Made by a program: the position numbers and the translations under genes. Positions 41,930 to 55,567 of a DNA stretch of 64,000 nucleotides are shown here, piece after piece. Numbering within the stretch: position 1 is the first letter of the stretch; every line of letters begins with the position of its first letter. The stretch is from Eledone cirrhosa. Lineage: Eukaryota. Below the pieces are notes generated by a model. The model was not told where the DNA came from. It worked only from the letters and a program-made list of their open reading frames with translations, and made no database searches. The stretch lies in contig OZ024743.1 of NCBI GenBank assembly GCA_964016885.1, positions 60,016,001-60,080,000 on the forward strand, in the 5' to 3' direction.

Positions 41930-42068
41930 ATTATTTCTGAAGACAGCATATATATATATATGTGTAGGTATGTATATTGCTTCTTACAGTTTTAAAATGT
42001 TTACATAGATCTACATGATATACATACCAACACAGACATATTTATCCTAGAGACGATCGTAAAATGAT
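41930..42068 (+). ncRNA. Hammerhead motif with mutated core (GAAA to GAGA), probably inactive
   Basis: attattt-CTGAAGA-cagcatatat...tcct-a-GAGAC-gatc-GTA-aaatgat. Confidence 0.55.
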
Positions 42069-42109
42069 GAATCTTTTAATATAAGGAACTGTTTCTTTGT
42101 TTTTTATTA

Positions 42110-42161
<52 letters not shown>

Positions 42162-43809
42162 GTAAAGTAGAATATAATCAAATCCTTCAGTGATGCAATA
42201 TCTGAAGGAATTAAAGTAATGAGAAACTACCAACATAATAACTGAAGTAGTAAAGAAAATATATAGTGTTTTATTATATAAGCATAGTCAATAAATAGTG
42301 GTAATATTTAAATCTGCGAAAAGAGGGAAATCTCCAGGATTAAAACCTCCTCACTGTTATCACTTATGAATAAAACATCATCATCTATCAGCTCAATAAC
42401 AAAAATGCAATCGTCAAAGAGAATCCTTTTCCTAGATAGTATAAATAGCAAAGCTTCCGACCGAGCAACTAAGACTTGGAGACTCAATTATTGAAATGAA
42501 GCTATCTATGATGTTGGAACTAATGCAATGGATTATATGAAAATGTTTTCTCTCAGAGATCCACTATCACTGCTTTTTTATAGAGTATACGTATGTAAAG
42601 TTGTATCATGAATGACTAGTTATATTATATGTGCACAATGAGGAATAATCATATAAGAATCAGAACAAGGATTAATGGATATAACATATAGAATCTCTAA
42701 GAATGGAATGTATTTTATGGGGGCAGGATTATTGCCATTTCGATGGTATTCGAATCCAGAATCTGATTAAAAGAAATTAACAATGAATACTAGACACGAG
42801 AGTGTGAAAATACCCTTTGAATCTGTGAGAACAAGGTCGATACAGTACTATACTTTAGTCATATAATATATTGCTTAGGTTTCATATAAACATGCAAACA
42901 CAAATGTAAATCGAACAAATATTAAAATTCGCATCATGAAATATACAAGGAAATATATTACAAGCATTTTATTAAAGTACTCAGATTTGAAATATGGCTT
43001 CAGAACAATAACCCAATCAATTAATAATATTATATGGAGTAACATTATGTGAGGTAAGAGTAATAGAAAGATATGAATATACCAGAATGCGTGGTAGTAT
43101 GATAGTGCAAAAGATACACACAATATACACCTATCATAGTAGGCTGTCACAGATTCCCTACATATGCTTCTAACATCACTTATGTACATAGTAAGATACA
43201 AGAGACTACAGATATATTCACAGAACAATATAACCAAGATTAAAGCATCTATAAATATTGCCCAGTTAGATACATCACATATAGAATATATACATCACAT
43301 ATATCCGTATGATTGGAAACCTTAAATAGACTATGTCATCCTTCACGGAAGCAGATTACATAGCATTTCAAAGAAAATGTACCATACTAAATCGGCAGGA
43401 AATATATTAAATGTGTTCCCATTATATTTGATATTAGAAAGTGGGGACTAATATAACAGACAAATATTTCCTTAATATATGAAATATCAAGGAAGGGAGG
43501 TAATTCAGGAAGTGAAACAGAAAGAATAACAACAAAATATTCCAGATAACGATTTTTTTAGGAATATAATACATTCATAAATCTGAATCATTTGTTGGTA
43601 AATACTAAATAACTTTACTTAGACACTAATTGAAAATATATTACGACCATAGATACAGGACATATAGAGATATTAAGTAAACAACGATGTTATTGCAAAA
43701 ATAAAAATAAATATATAAATATTTGCCAGCAGAGATTGTTCTGTGAAAACATAAAACATTTCTTGATAATGGAGACATAATACTAAGACAAAAAGAAGCA
43801 ATAATAATA

Positions 43810-44234
43810 ATTTCTACTCTATTCGCAAGGCCGGCAATTGTGGAGGAAGTTTAAATCAATTAAATTGACTCCGGCGCATTACTGGTACTTTATTTTATCA
43901 ACCCCGTAAGGATGAAGGGCAATGCTAACCCTGGTTGGACTTGAACTCAGATCGTAAAGGGGCGTAACGCTATTTCATAAAACATTTTGTCGGACGCTCT
44001 ACCGATACTGCCAACCCATAATAATAATCATTTCCGCTATAGGCTCAAGTCCAGCGTTTTTTTGGGAGGGGAAATCAATTAAATTGACCCCAGTGCATTG
44101 GGGTGCTTTATTTCATCGACCCCGTAAGGATGAAAGGCAAAGTTAACCCCGATTTGAACTCAGAACGTAAAGGACCGTAACTCAATGCTACAAAGTATGT
44201 TTTCCGATGCTCTACTGATACTGCCAATCCACCG
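43810..44234 (-). mobile_element. Two tandem tRNA-derived SINEs (43810-44017, 44030-44234)
   Basis: Two copies of the family core ending gatactgccaa. Confidence 0.85.
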
Positions 44235-44865
44235 CTCGAATGATAATTTTTTTTATTGGCCACAAGAGCCGTCACATAGGGGATATCAAAAATAAAAGCA
44301 TAGTTTGAGATTTATATATAAATAAAAGTCTACAATATGGAAACATTTAAACAAGAAACTAACCAAGCAACAGAATTCCCGTTAAGAGAGCACCACGTAG
44401 ATGTAATTTAGGGATCCCAGATTTTCTGAAATTTCTTCATTCACCAGGAACACTATAGGGAATTCTACAGTTATATGCTTAAAATATATCCATTTAATCG
44501 GACAATTGTCGTTATAATCACCCACCTTTTAACCTATATACTAGGATACAACTTCATTTTCCATCCCACCTTCCTTTTCTAGTGAAATTTCCAAACGTCT
44601 CTGAAGTATGGGTTAAAGAGAAATACATCTGCATTCAGTCTTGTCCACCACAGAATCTGTTTTCATCAAAAGCACAAGACAGAGAAATTCTGCCTGCCCC
44701 GCCAGAATCGACGCGTAACTAGGTCTCTGTCTACGTGTTCTGTCCATGTCGTCAATATTTATCATGAATTTATGGTCTGTAAATCCGTATATCTGACTCT
44801 TTATAATTGCTGATAACCTTGGCTGAACCTATATTAAACAGGATATGTACAACATTAATAATAAG

Positions 44866-45049
44866 TGTTTCTACTTTTAGCACAAGGCCAGCAATAATCC
44901 CAGTTCATTACTGGTGCTATATTTTATCGACTCCGTAAGGATGAAAGGCAAAGTTAACCTCGGCGGGATTTGAACTCAGACCATAAAGGGGCGTAACTCT
45001 ATGTTGCGAAGCATGGCGTTCGAACTTCTACCGATACTGCCAATCCCCC
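44866..45049 (-). mobile_element. Full-length SINE
   Basis: Family core with A and B boxes. Confidence 0.85.
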
Positions 45050-45616
45050 GTAAAAACAGGTACAATCCAAACACGATCTAAATGACCTTTGTTGATTGTT
45101 ACCACATGGGATCATTCGTGAAATTCCGTACCCACATTGGCGCATTCGAAAAACTTCTCCGGTCCAAACTGATGCAATCGAACTTCTAAATTGGTCCATC
45201 TCTCCATTTCGATTACTTTCTGGACTTGTTGCAAACATGTATTTTTATTTAATATAGTTCTGCTGCTGTTGCAGCTGTCGACGAGAAAGTGTTGCTGTTT
45301 TTAGTCCAGTTAGTTTAATTATTGTTTCTGTCGCTATTCATTTTGTTGTTGATATCCGTTTTCATCTTTTGTTGTTGTAGTGGTGATGGTGTTGTAGTTT
45401 TTGTGGCGAAGGTTGGGTATTGTTTTGATTGTCTAGATTTGTTGTTCTTGCTTGAATTAGGTTTAATTGTTGTGGTGTTATAGTGGTGTGAATGTTAATA
45501 TTTTTGGTTGTATTAGTTTTGTTGTTGACGATGTTATTGTTGTGGTGGTGGCATCTGTGTCATATAGTTGCACAGATGGAAAAGAATTGTGGTATGTTTC
45601 TGTTGTTTTATGAAAT

Positions 45617-45617
<1 letters not shown>

Positions 45618-45664
<47 letters not shown>

Positions 45665-45707
45665 AAGGAGCAGCAGTAGTAGTAGTAGAAGGAACAGCAG
45701 TAGCAGC

Positions 45708-45745
<38 letters not shown>

Positions 45746-45776
45746 CAGTAGTAGTAGTAGAAGGAGCATCAGCAGC

Positions 45777-45847
<71 letters not shown>

Positions 45848-46011
45848 AAGGAGCAGCATCAGCAGCAGTAGTAGTAGTAGTAGTTGTAGTAGTAGTAGTA
45901 TTAGTAGCGGTAGTAGTGGTGGTAGTAGTATTATTATTATTATTAGTAGTAGTAGTAGTAGTTGTAGTAGTAGTAGTAGTAGTAGTAGAAGGAGCAGCAG
46001 CAGTAGTAGTT
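45618..46011. repeat. (TAG)n/(CAG)n trinucleotide microsatellite
   Basis: Direct inspection; source of poly-S/V/L ORFs. Confidence 0.95.
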
Positions 46012-46539
46012 ATTGCCGTTGTTGTTTTCTTTGTGTCTTCTGAGTGGTTGAAATCTGAGTTCTAATGTGCTGTTCTACACAGTGAAGAGTCAGCTGGTCT
46101 CCGCTGCGGATTAAATTCCTTTTTCCACCATGTCAGTTTTCAAAGAAGATGTTAGAGCTGTATTCGTTAATTAGTAGCTGTTTCTATTTGGGGCACAAGG
46201 TCACCAATTGGAAGGAGGAATGGAAAGCTGGTTAAATTGTCTTAAGAGCGTTACTGGAATCTGTTTTTAATCGACCCGGAAACAGCAGAAAATATTTGAT
46301 ATGCGGGTTAAAACTCCATTCTGAATTATTTGAGATTACAAACATTATTCTCAATCAAAAGTTAGCACCAAAGTGACGGAAAGAAAATATTATCAGACCT
46401 ATCCAATGTAACGCATCAAAGAACATGATTCATTACAAGTTATATCACTTATGTCAATAGCTCGAAAGCTATTTAACTGAATGCTCCTACTCGCATTTAC
46501 GAATCAGTAAATAATATACCCTGACCATACCAAACAATT

Positions 46540-47340
46540 TGTCTTGAGCACCGCTGAGAAAGATAATGGCGACATTACTACCAACACCAGTTACCACTTA
46601 TTGCCACATTTGTAGATTTCAGAAAGGCATTCATTTCTACCATCAGACATTTCATATGCGAAATACTACGACACAATGGACTCCTCTCCAAAATTGTTGC
46701 TCCTAATGCTATAAACTACTCCAACAGCACCAGCCGTATCTGTGTTAGCAACAACAATAGTCAACCTTTCATCATCAACACTGGTTCCTTACAAGGGTAC
46801 ACACTTGCACCAGACTTATTTTTATCGTCTTCCTTGACTATGTCTTAAAATAATCTCCAGTCATTGATTGAAAACGCATCCAGAAAACCTGAAGTTGTTC
46901 TAACCGATTTTGACGGCATTATCTTTCCTCACTCGTCAGATAATCTCAGCAACATACAAGAGTGAGCCTCTCCTGATTGCTTCAGAAATAACTTAGAGAA
47001 AGCGAAGTCCATGCATATGTATTACACGCGTACCGGACTCACAGCACCAAGTCGGGAAAATTAGGAAATTGCAACACGCTTCAAATAAATGGGAGGGTGC
47101 TTTTCCTCATCCTAGACGATTTTCGTGAAAGACGTACCATTGCCTGGCACAATTTATGGAAACTACAAACCATTTGAAGGTCTAAAATGTATCTCTCCGA
47201 CTTACGTTACGACTCATTGATTCTTAGCTCACCCACATACTTCTCTATAGGCCAGAATTATGGACTCTCTACTCCACCATAAATATCAGTTAAACGTTTT
47301 TGCTATCAGCTTCTAGTCTATTATGTTGGGTGTCAAATAG
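46540..47340 (+). pseudogene. Degenerate RTE-like RT fragment
   Basis: LIATFVDFRKAF..ILRHNGL..KIV..TGSLQGYTLAPDLF. Confidence 0.75.
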
Positions 47341-48105
47341 CCAGCTGAGTAACATTTGTCACAGACAGATAAGCCCATCGCTATGATTTATACACTAAAA
47401 TACAAGACCAAAATAGCAGAGGTTTAAAATGCATAACATATGTGAAGAATGTACATGATTCCATTGTCCTTAGCGTATATACTCATGAGCGTTGGATAAT
47501 AACGAAAAGAGAAGGTATGCAATAAGAAGATTTAATACACAAATTCTCGAATAATAGAATAGAAAAATAGATGAAAGGAAAACCTTATCTCGGCGGCATT
47601 TGAACCAAGACCATCAACAGCTGTAACTTAATGTTCCAGAGCATGTTGTGTGATGCTCTACTGATACGGAAAAGAAACATGTGCTATGAACGTAATAAAG
47701 ACAAGTTTTCTAAAATTACATCACCAAAATAACATATTATTTAACCAATGGAATGTGTGCTAAACAGAACTGAATAAAACCAAAGAATGTTTTATGTACG
47801 GCCTGTGTCATTCACCTTCACTAGATTTTGGAAACTAAGTGGGCAGTAAATGCAGCCAGGAGTAATGGAATACTACTAAAAACAAAGGAGGCAAATAAAA
47901 TGATCATAACAAATAAATAGCGCCATATCAATTCGAAACAATGGAAAATGGACGAAAATGACAAAACCGATAATATACGGTGTAGTGAATGTGATGAACA
48001 AAAAAATAATAAACCAGGGATACCAGCCTGTATGAATATATTTATTCATTCATACATACGTGCATACATATGGACAAAAATACATGCATACGTACATTTA
48101 TACAC

Positions 48106-48679
48106 GGTGGCTGCCAACTCGTTTTCGAGTACGGCCACTACTTTATATCCATGTAGGAGAACCCCTACCGATGCGCTGAACGAGTGCGATTTTTAGTCCA
48201 GCCAGCGACTTGAAAACTCTGGTACAAACACTATAGTTGTGACAATTATTGACACATAGTGCTGGGACCATGGTACCATGTCACAAGTGCAGAGAGGTCT
48301 CCAGATATAAAGCAATACCTGTGCCGTGAAGCTTTTATATTGAGCAAAGGCACTGCACAAAGCCAGTCCCAATCTCTTAACCAAGATGATATCTACCACA
48401 AAGAAGAACAAGCCAACATCATTGGATACCATCAGGGTTGCAGGTGTTATATCAGAGTTTTCCTTCTCCTAGAATTCTGCCTTGACAAAGGCTAAGGGGT
48501 CATCTCTCCCGGTGATTTTGGATGGCCATTGACTCTTAAGAGCTCCTTTGCCCTTTGACAGGTTTTGTTTTTAGCCCTGCAGGATGTCCAAAGTCACCCT
48601 CCTCACCAAAAAACCTTGGTGGGGTTGCCAGTTTAGTCGCCAACGACCCGAATATGAGACAGGTTGTACTGGGATACAT
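48106..48679 (-). mobile_element. Bipartite non-autonomous RTE derivative (reverse copy)
   Basis: Reverse complement of 19385-19963; mirror ORFs 48259-48495(+) and 18900-19139(-). Confidence 0.8.
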
Positions 48680-49260
48680 TTATACATGCATACATACATG
48701 CATGCATTTATACATGTATGTTTGTATGTATACATGTACGTATGCATGTATTTTTGTCCATATGTATGTACGTATGTATGATTGAATAAATATATTGCCT
48801 ATTTTGTTTTGTGTATATATATATCGATATGTAAAGTAGTTATATGTAGAATTTTGGGATTGCTTTACATATATGTATGTATGCATGCATGTATGTATGC
48901 ATGCATTTATACATGTATGCATACATATATGTAAAGCATTCACAAAATTCTACATATTATAACTACATAACTACATATGGACATATATATACAAAAACAA
49001 AATAGGCAATTGTACACATATAATTCAATGCATACAGATCCCCACATACAATAACATCCAATGTACACACACACACATACACACACACACATACACGGTA
49101 ACACATGTATGCATGCAGAATTGCAAGCATTTTTACCTATTTGATGTCTAAATTTCAATGAAAGAGTGCTGTGATTATGTTAGAAACTGATTCTCTATAT
49201 ATTTGTAGAAATATATAGAATAATGAAACCAGAAAAACATACATACATACTTAGATACAT

Positions 49261-49510
49261 CAGGGTTGCAGGTGTTATATTAGAGTTTTCCTTCTCCTAG
49301 AATTCTGCCTTGACAAAGGCTAAGGGGTCATCTCTCCCGGTGATTTTGGATGGCCATTGACTCTTAAGAGCTCCTTTGCCCTTTGACAGGTTTTGTTTTT
49401 AGTCCTGCAGGATGTCCAAAGTCACCCTCCTCACCAGAAACCTTGGTGGGGTTGCCAGTTTAGTCGCCAACGACCCGACATGTTGTACTGGGATACATGT
49501 TACCAGTAAC
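49261..49510 (-). mobile_element. 3'-truncated copy of the same element with 12-bp TSD acttagatacat
   Basis: Matches 48432-48679; TSD 49249-49260 / 49511-49522. Confidence 0.8.
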
Positions 49511-49799
49511 ACTTAGATACATACATACTTACATACACACATACACACATACATACATACGTACATAAATATATACATACATACATAGATACATACATAA
49601 ATACATACATATATACACATGAAGAGAGGAGAGCACACATACATACATATATACATACATGCATAATGCTGTGTAGGTTTGCTTTATTATATGTTAGTTA
49701 GTATTAATAAAAAACGCAAAAAAAAATGAGTTAATAAATAACGACATGAATGGGATAGAAAATAATGGTGGAGATCTATCTCGGTGGATGTTTTATTTT

Positions 49800-52430
49800 A
49801 CAGCAGGATTGGTTTAGTTTTTGTCTAAAACAGTTTTCAATAGATTGAAACAAAAATGAAGTAAGGAAGGAAATATGATTATTATGGAATGTTACTATAG
49901 AAACAACTAAATAAATGCACCGACAGTTACAGCAAGTTAATAGTGAGCAGTAAGAGAGACGTTGGATGAATCTGATAAAAGAATTTGTGTCCAAGTGATG
50001 GATCGATGGATTTGAACTTGAATGTGTTATGATATTACAAACGATTTTATAAGCAGATATACTTGATGTAGTAGTTAGAAAGATATGAAATATGGGAAAA
50101 TTATAACTGAGATGATAAAAGTACATTGAAAGGTACAAAGAAAAAGTAAATTGTTTAATGACTTAAAGTTTCCACTTAGAATATATTTTAAAAAAAACAG
50201 AATGAAAGTGTTCATATCATAGAAACGAAGGATTTCGGTGGTAGAAAAGCATTCATAGATAACGAGAGGGCTAAACTAGAAAACAAGCAACATACGTAAC
50301 AGAATTATCTAGCTTGTAAATATATCCAATAGAACAGAACTCAGTAGCCTGATAAAAACAACGCATACATATGTGGTGAATAAATCATGCTTCAAACATA
50401 TCACATATAGGGAGTGAGAGGAGACCCATGATGAAAGGGGGGATACAAAGCCATGAATTATTTAGATCTAGTACAAATGGAATGGAACGACAGGGAAAAG
50501 TTTAGTTGAAACTCCGCAGGAAATAACTTAATTTAGAATATATAATATAACATAAAATGAAAGATATAACATGCGCAATGGAGGACTTTAAACGGGGGAT
50601 TTTGGCCAAGACATCACAGATCAAAATATACGAACAAAGAATGTATAAAACTGTATATGGATCATGAGAAAATATATGTTTCGGTAAATATGATACAAGA
50701 TGCGCAACAAAGGAATATGTTCGAAAGGGAAATTTAGATCGAAGAAAATATTCATAACATCGAAACTGAGAGCTTGACGTGATTTAGAAATCAATAAACA
50801 GGCAAATACACATGTTAAACAGGAGATGGTTATTAAAGAGTGCAGCAATGATTCTAGTTGGAAATCGTAGGGTCGTGTCTGCATTCTAAGTTATTGGTTA
50901 CAGTGATTCGAATTCCCGCATGAAATCGCTGTAGCATTGAATACAATAAAACGCAATGCGGTTCGTTTGCTTGCATGGATAATACAGAAAAGACTGTGAT
51001 TTTGGTAATCCAAACATTATCAAATAGAAATACCAGCAATTCTTTTAATATCATACCTCATTTTCATTTGAACAATTCTAAATGTAACCATTATTCATTT
51101 CTTGAAGCGAAACGGTTATTGTCAGACGAGGAAATGTGCTGTCGAAGGAATATCGTAATATACAAAATGACATTGAAGGGTTTCAGCTTAAGACCTACGA
51201 ACATAGCAGTAGACAATGTAGATTAAGAGAAAATGTATGATTCGGTTCCCCATTTGTGGATCATAGAATACATAAAACTGTCTGCAATAGAAGCAATTTT
51301 CCAGAATTCTTTGAACACATGTAGTTCTGAAAATGTATACTTACTTCATCAGGAGAGCCCCTCCGGACGAATGAAATAGAAAATAAAGTATCAAAAAAGT
51401 TGACCAATTATCCCTCTGGAGCGCGCAAATAATAAATACATGCATCAACAAACACTGTTCATACAGTCAGCAAACATGGCTGAAGAAGTGAGTAGTCTTA
51501 AAAGGGGAAGCAGGTGTTTCATCTAAAGTTTCAGTATAACCACAAGTTCAATTAATAAAAGACTTATAAGATATTGTATACAAATATCCAGGAATGTTGG
51601 AAGTAGTTACTATAAAAAATGTTGAGTTTGACGGCAAAAAGCTAGTTGAATTGGAAAATTAACTAGAACATGACAATAAACACGTAGTCTCTTTTAATGT
51701 AAATTGAGAGCGCTGCAGTGATGAAATGGATGAAAGCCAATATTTAGAGATTGGATACTAAAACACAACAGATAGTAACCATGAATAGTGCATGACATCT
51801 AAGAGGTTTGTCCGAATCTCTTCGAAACCAGAGTTGATAGCGGCCTAAGTTACGAGAACCATAACAGCATGCGAACAAATAAGCATAGTTGGTACATAAA
51901 AAAGGGGGTTGTTCTATGGGTCATAGGAGCAAAACAATGGGATATTTTACAAAGCGAAAGTGGCATTGAAGATGAGTATAAACATAAATGGAGGAAATGA
52001 CCGAAGGAAAGATAATAGATTAATTCATGAATTGCCAAGGTATAGAAAACATGGAAAGTATAGCACCCATGGAATAGTTGCGAAAATGAGATATTAAGAT
52101 CGAGACTGAAAGTTTAATATATGCAGCACAAGATCGGTCACTACAAACAAATATTACAAAATATAATGTCGCTAGATTTAAAATAAACATTCGTAGGATC
52201 TGCATCATGTAGACTGTAAGGTAAAGAAAGAGAAAATGAGAGCAGCATTCAAAGCGGATGCCGTAATTAAATTCAATAGGAATTCAAACAGGGGTCTGAT
52301 ACCATTGTTAGAATAGTGCAATGGAACGTATGCGAGTAACATGGGCTGAACTGAACATAAAAGTAGCAAAAACTCCAGCCTGACTCAGTAGAGTACGGAG
52401 AAGGGAAATCACTTTGGGGCTCTGACATAA
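49800..52430 (+). pseudogene. Long, heavily degraded R4/Dong-like LINE
   Basis: Traces such as NIAVDNVD*EKMYDSVPHLWII, LKIETESLIYAAQDRSLQTN, HTIVRIVQWNVC. Confidence 0.6.
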
Positions 52431-53458
52431 AATATATTTCATGAGATAAAACTTCTTCCTATCTTACGACCACTTTTTCCTGAGAGGTTTCGTTTTGGCA
52501 GAGCCCTCAAATACGCTTTAGAGAGGGTCCTGTCAGAAGCAACCATCGATAAATACAGTAGATGTTATGAATATTATCCATCTATATTCGTCGTGGCCAG
52601 CCTATGGGATTCCTACCGGTTAGCTTCGCCCGTAGAACATGTCCTGCAATATTATTACCGAAGCATTATAACTACCTGATCGTAGTATCGGAGCTGTGTT
52701 TTATTGATGAGGTAAAGTAGCCGCACCAGTATCCCCGAACTACGAGACGCATCGTATAAATATACTACAAAATCTCTTCGGAGGAGCTCCATTTCACCCG
52801 CCTTTAAACGTGATTCTATTCTATGGGTCACTATTCAAGATAGATCACCAAAACAGTAAGCCGAAATACAGAAATGGAGATAACGTGTTTGGCCTTTGTA
52901 ATTAATCCTCTTCTGATGACCATGTGCAGGAGTCGATGGCGCATTATTATTACACCAGCCCCAGCAATTATTGCATCTAATTTAGAGGAAAGACATGCTA
53001 ATGTTATTGTTGATAAGAGGACAAATATGTATCGGAAAATGGATGTTGCATCGTCAGGGGATGTCGGTGTATGTGAAAAGAAAAAAGAAAAATCAGATGT
53101 AAGATCTACAAAAAGTGGGTTTGTAATAAAACCGGAAGTAAGATCTACTAAACGTGAGAGATGAATAAGTTGCTAGTAATAGCAGTAATAGAGGGTGCCT
53201 TGGGGAGTATAACAACGAAAATAATATCATAGTGTGCTAAAATTGAAAATGACGGCAATAATTAGAAAAGCTGGTGGTAATGTTGGTGGTGATTATGTTG
53301 ATATTGATGTAATTGTTATTTGTGTATTAGATATATTTGTTTATGCTATAGGGGTGGAGGAGGTATTAGATGTTTGAAATGGTAGATAATAATTTGTGTA
53401 ATTGCTGATGCTTCATGTGATTCGTACTAGTAGTGGTTAATGTTATACTATGGTTGTG

Positions 53459-53579
<121 letters not shown>

Positions 53580-53626
53580 ATGTATGCGTATGTGCGTGCG
53601 TGTTTGCGTGTGTGTGTGTGAGTCAT

Positions 53627-53686
<60 letters not shown>

Positions 53687-53799
53687 GGTTTGTGTTTCTG
53701 TGCAATATTTTCGCGGTTTTGCTGAAGGTGACTTTTCAAATATTGGCAGCACTAAATTCGCAAGCGCCAAGTGCACCCTAGTAAATGTTCCACATATTT

Positions 53800-54780
53800 T
53801 CCCATCATATTGGAGACCCTATAAAATACCTGTCAGTTTTGTGCTGCAGCATATTGGAAACTGACTATCGACCCTACACCCTTGCAGAACCCTCCTCAGC
53901 AGGTCCGTAGAATGCGGAATTACGCCGTAGAAATACGCCTTTTCGAGTTTTACAAAGCAAGAATACTCAAAAGATACTCTTGTGTTCATGTTTAGGAGAT
54001 CAGCAAAGTATTCTCCCCTCCTTAATTGAATCAGAGATCTTCCTGCCACCCGGTGCCACATGATGTCTCTTTCACCTGCATCGTTTAACAATTGTATCAA
54101 AAACTGCTGCGCTGAACAATCTCCACTCAGTTTCAACGTCCTCAGTATGCTCAGGGAGTCCTCCGAATTTGGTTGCAATATTATCTGCATACTTGGTCCT
54201 GACTTCCGTATCCACCAATGCTTCGCACTGTATCCTGTAGGTCGACCTTAGGTGTTATCTAGTCTCAAGTTGCAGATAACTAGATTGTGATAAGTTGACA
54301 GCTCAGCCCACTCTTTTCATGAACATACAACACAGTATCGAAGCGATCAGAATCAATAAAAAAATCAATTATTGATCTCTGTCCCTGATTTCCCATATAA
54401 CATGTACATTTATGGATGGAAGAGGGTGTTCATAATTGAGAATCCATTGCTAGAACAGAAATCTAATGAGGCCATTCGCATTTTGATCAGGGTCGCCATT
54501 CCTTCGAATCACTCCTTTCCATATGAGGTGATCAGTGCGAACACGTGAATTTAAGTTTCTCATTAGGATATATGACCCGGCCTTAACTACATCTAACACT
54601 GCAATGACTTCATCAATGAAGGGTCGGTATTTGGACCTCTTGTTTGATTCAGCAACTTGCACCAACTACAAAGGTCTATCTTTCAGTCGAAGCTTCAAGA
54701 GTCAAAATCTCCCTCGTAATAGTATCCAGTCCATAACACATTCTGACAGCCGGGGGCTTATGAGTTTCCCTACCCCCAGC
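53800..54780 (-). pseudogene. RTE-like LINE fragment (APE, then internally deleted RT start)
   Basis: LNSRVRTDHLIWKGVIRRNGDPDQNANG; GQRSIIDFF; LSTYHNLV; FVKLEKAY. Confidence 0.7.
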
Positions 54781-54949
54781 AATATCGTCATTTCTGGCAC
54801 CTTATCTGAATTTGATTGGAGGATTGATTATATGACCGGAATAAGAAAAATTATGGTCTTCTGAGTTTTGCAGAGAATGTGTTTACTGTGACTGAATCGA
54901 CAACAAGATTTGAAACACTTAATTTGTTGCTAGATGAAATTCAAGTTAT

Positions 54950-55567
54950 TATTGCTGAAGCCCGAGAAATCCTAAGCAGCACCGATAATTCCCTCATTAA
55001 CAGTGCCATAAACCACCTCTGCCTGAAACGTAAATAGGAACACAGACGCTTAACATCAGACAATACAATATGTGAGTCTCTCATCATACCCCTCCAACGA
55101 CATTTACGAACACCCAAGCGTAGGAGCCCATCTCTTGAACACGCCTGTCTAAATGAGACAGATAACATTATGAGGGTTGGGAAGGAGCTCATTTAGAAAT
55201 TCTCCCTGCATGATAACCAACACTTCACACCCAGGGAAATTACACGGCAATACAGCAATGAAACCATCGATGAAAAGCTTTATGCTTATCAGCAAAAGAT
55301 TTATTCATGGCTATCTTGCCAAAAAGCTCCAATGTCAGAGTACTATAGATAAGCACATTAGTCTAACTTGGACCAACAACTTTTACATTTGTTCTAAATT
55401 AGAAGCATATGCATCTGCAATCTAAGAACTGGAAATCGCTACAACCTACCTGATTAACACTAGAGAGAGGGATGTAAGCAACACAACTAGATGTGACAAC
55501 AGATACAGGCTCTACGGAATTAACATCGAATGTGATACACATATCATATGCAGCTGTCTAGAGATTA
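54950..55567 (+). pseudogene. R4/Dong-like LINE fragment, interrupted by Chapaev3 and resuming at 57547-57740
   Basis: HGYL..IDKHISLTW..SKLEAYASAI*ELEIAT; YRLYGINIECDTHIICSC | MRHDVMANTLYNAIC. Confidence 0.7.

Larger units (their letters stand above)
40271..42114 (+). mobile_element. Inverted partial duplicate of PLE B (mirror of about 37614-39531)
   Basis: ORFs 40553-40858(+) and 38737-39267(-), and 41578-41763(-) and 38040-38222(+), are mirror pairs; ends in (TA)n. Confidence 0.9.

Noticed and set aside
45492-46065. Poly-Ser, poly-Val and poly-Leu ORFs
   Set aside because: Artefacts of the (TAG)n repeat
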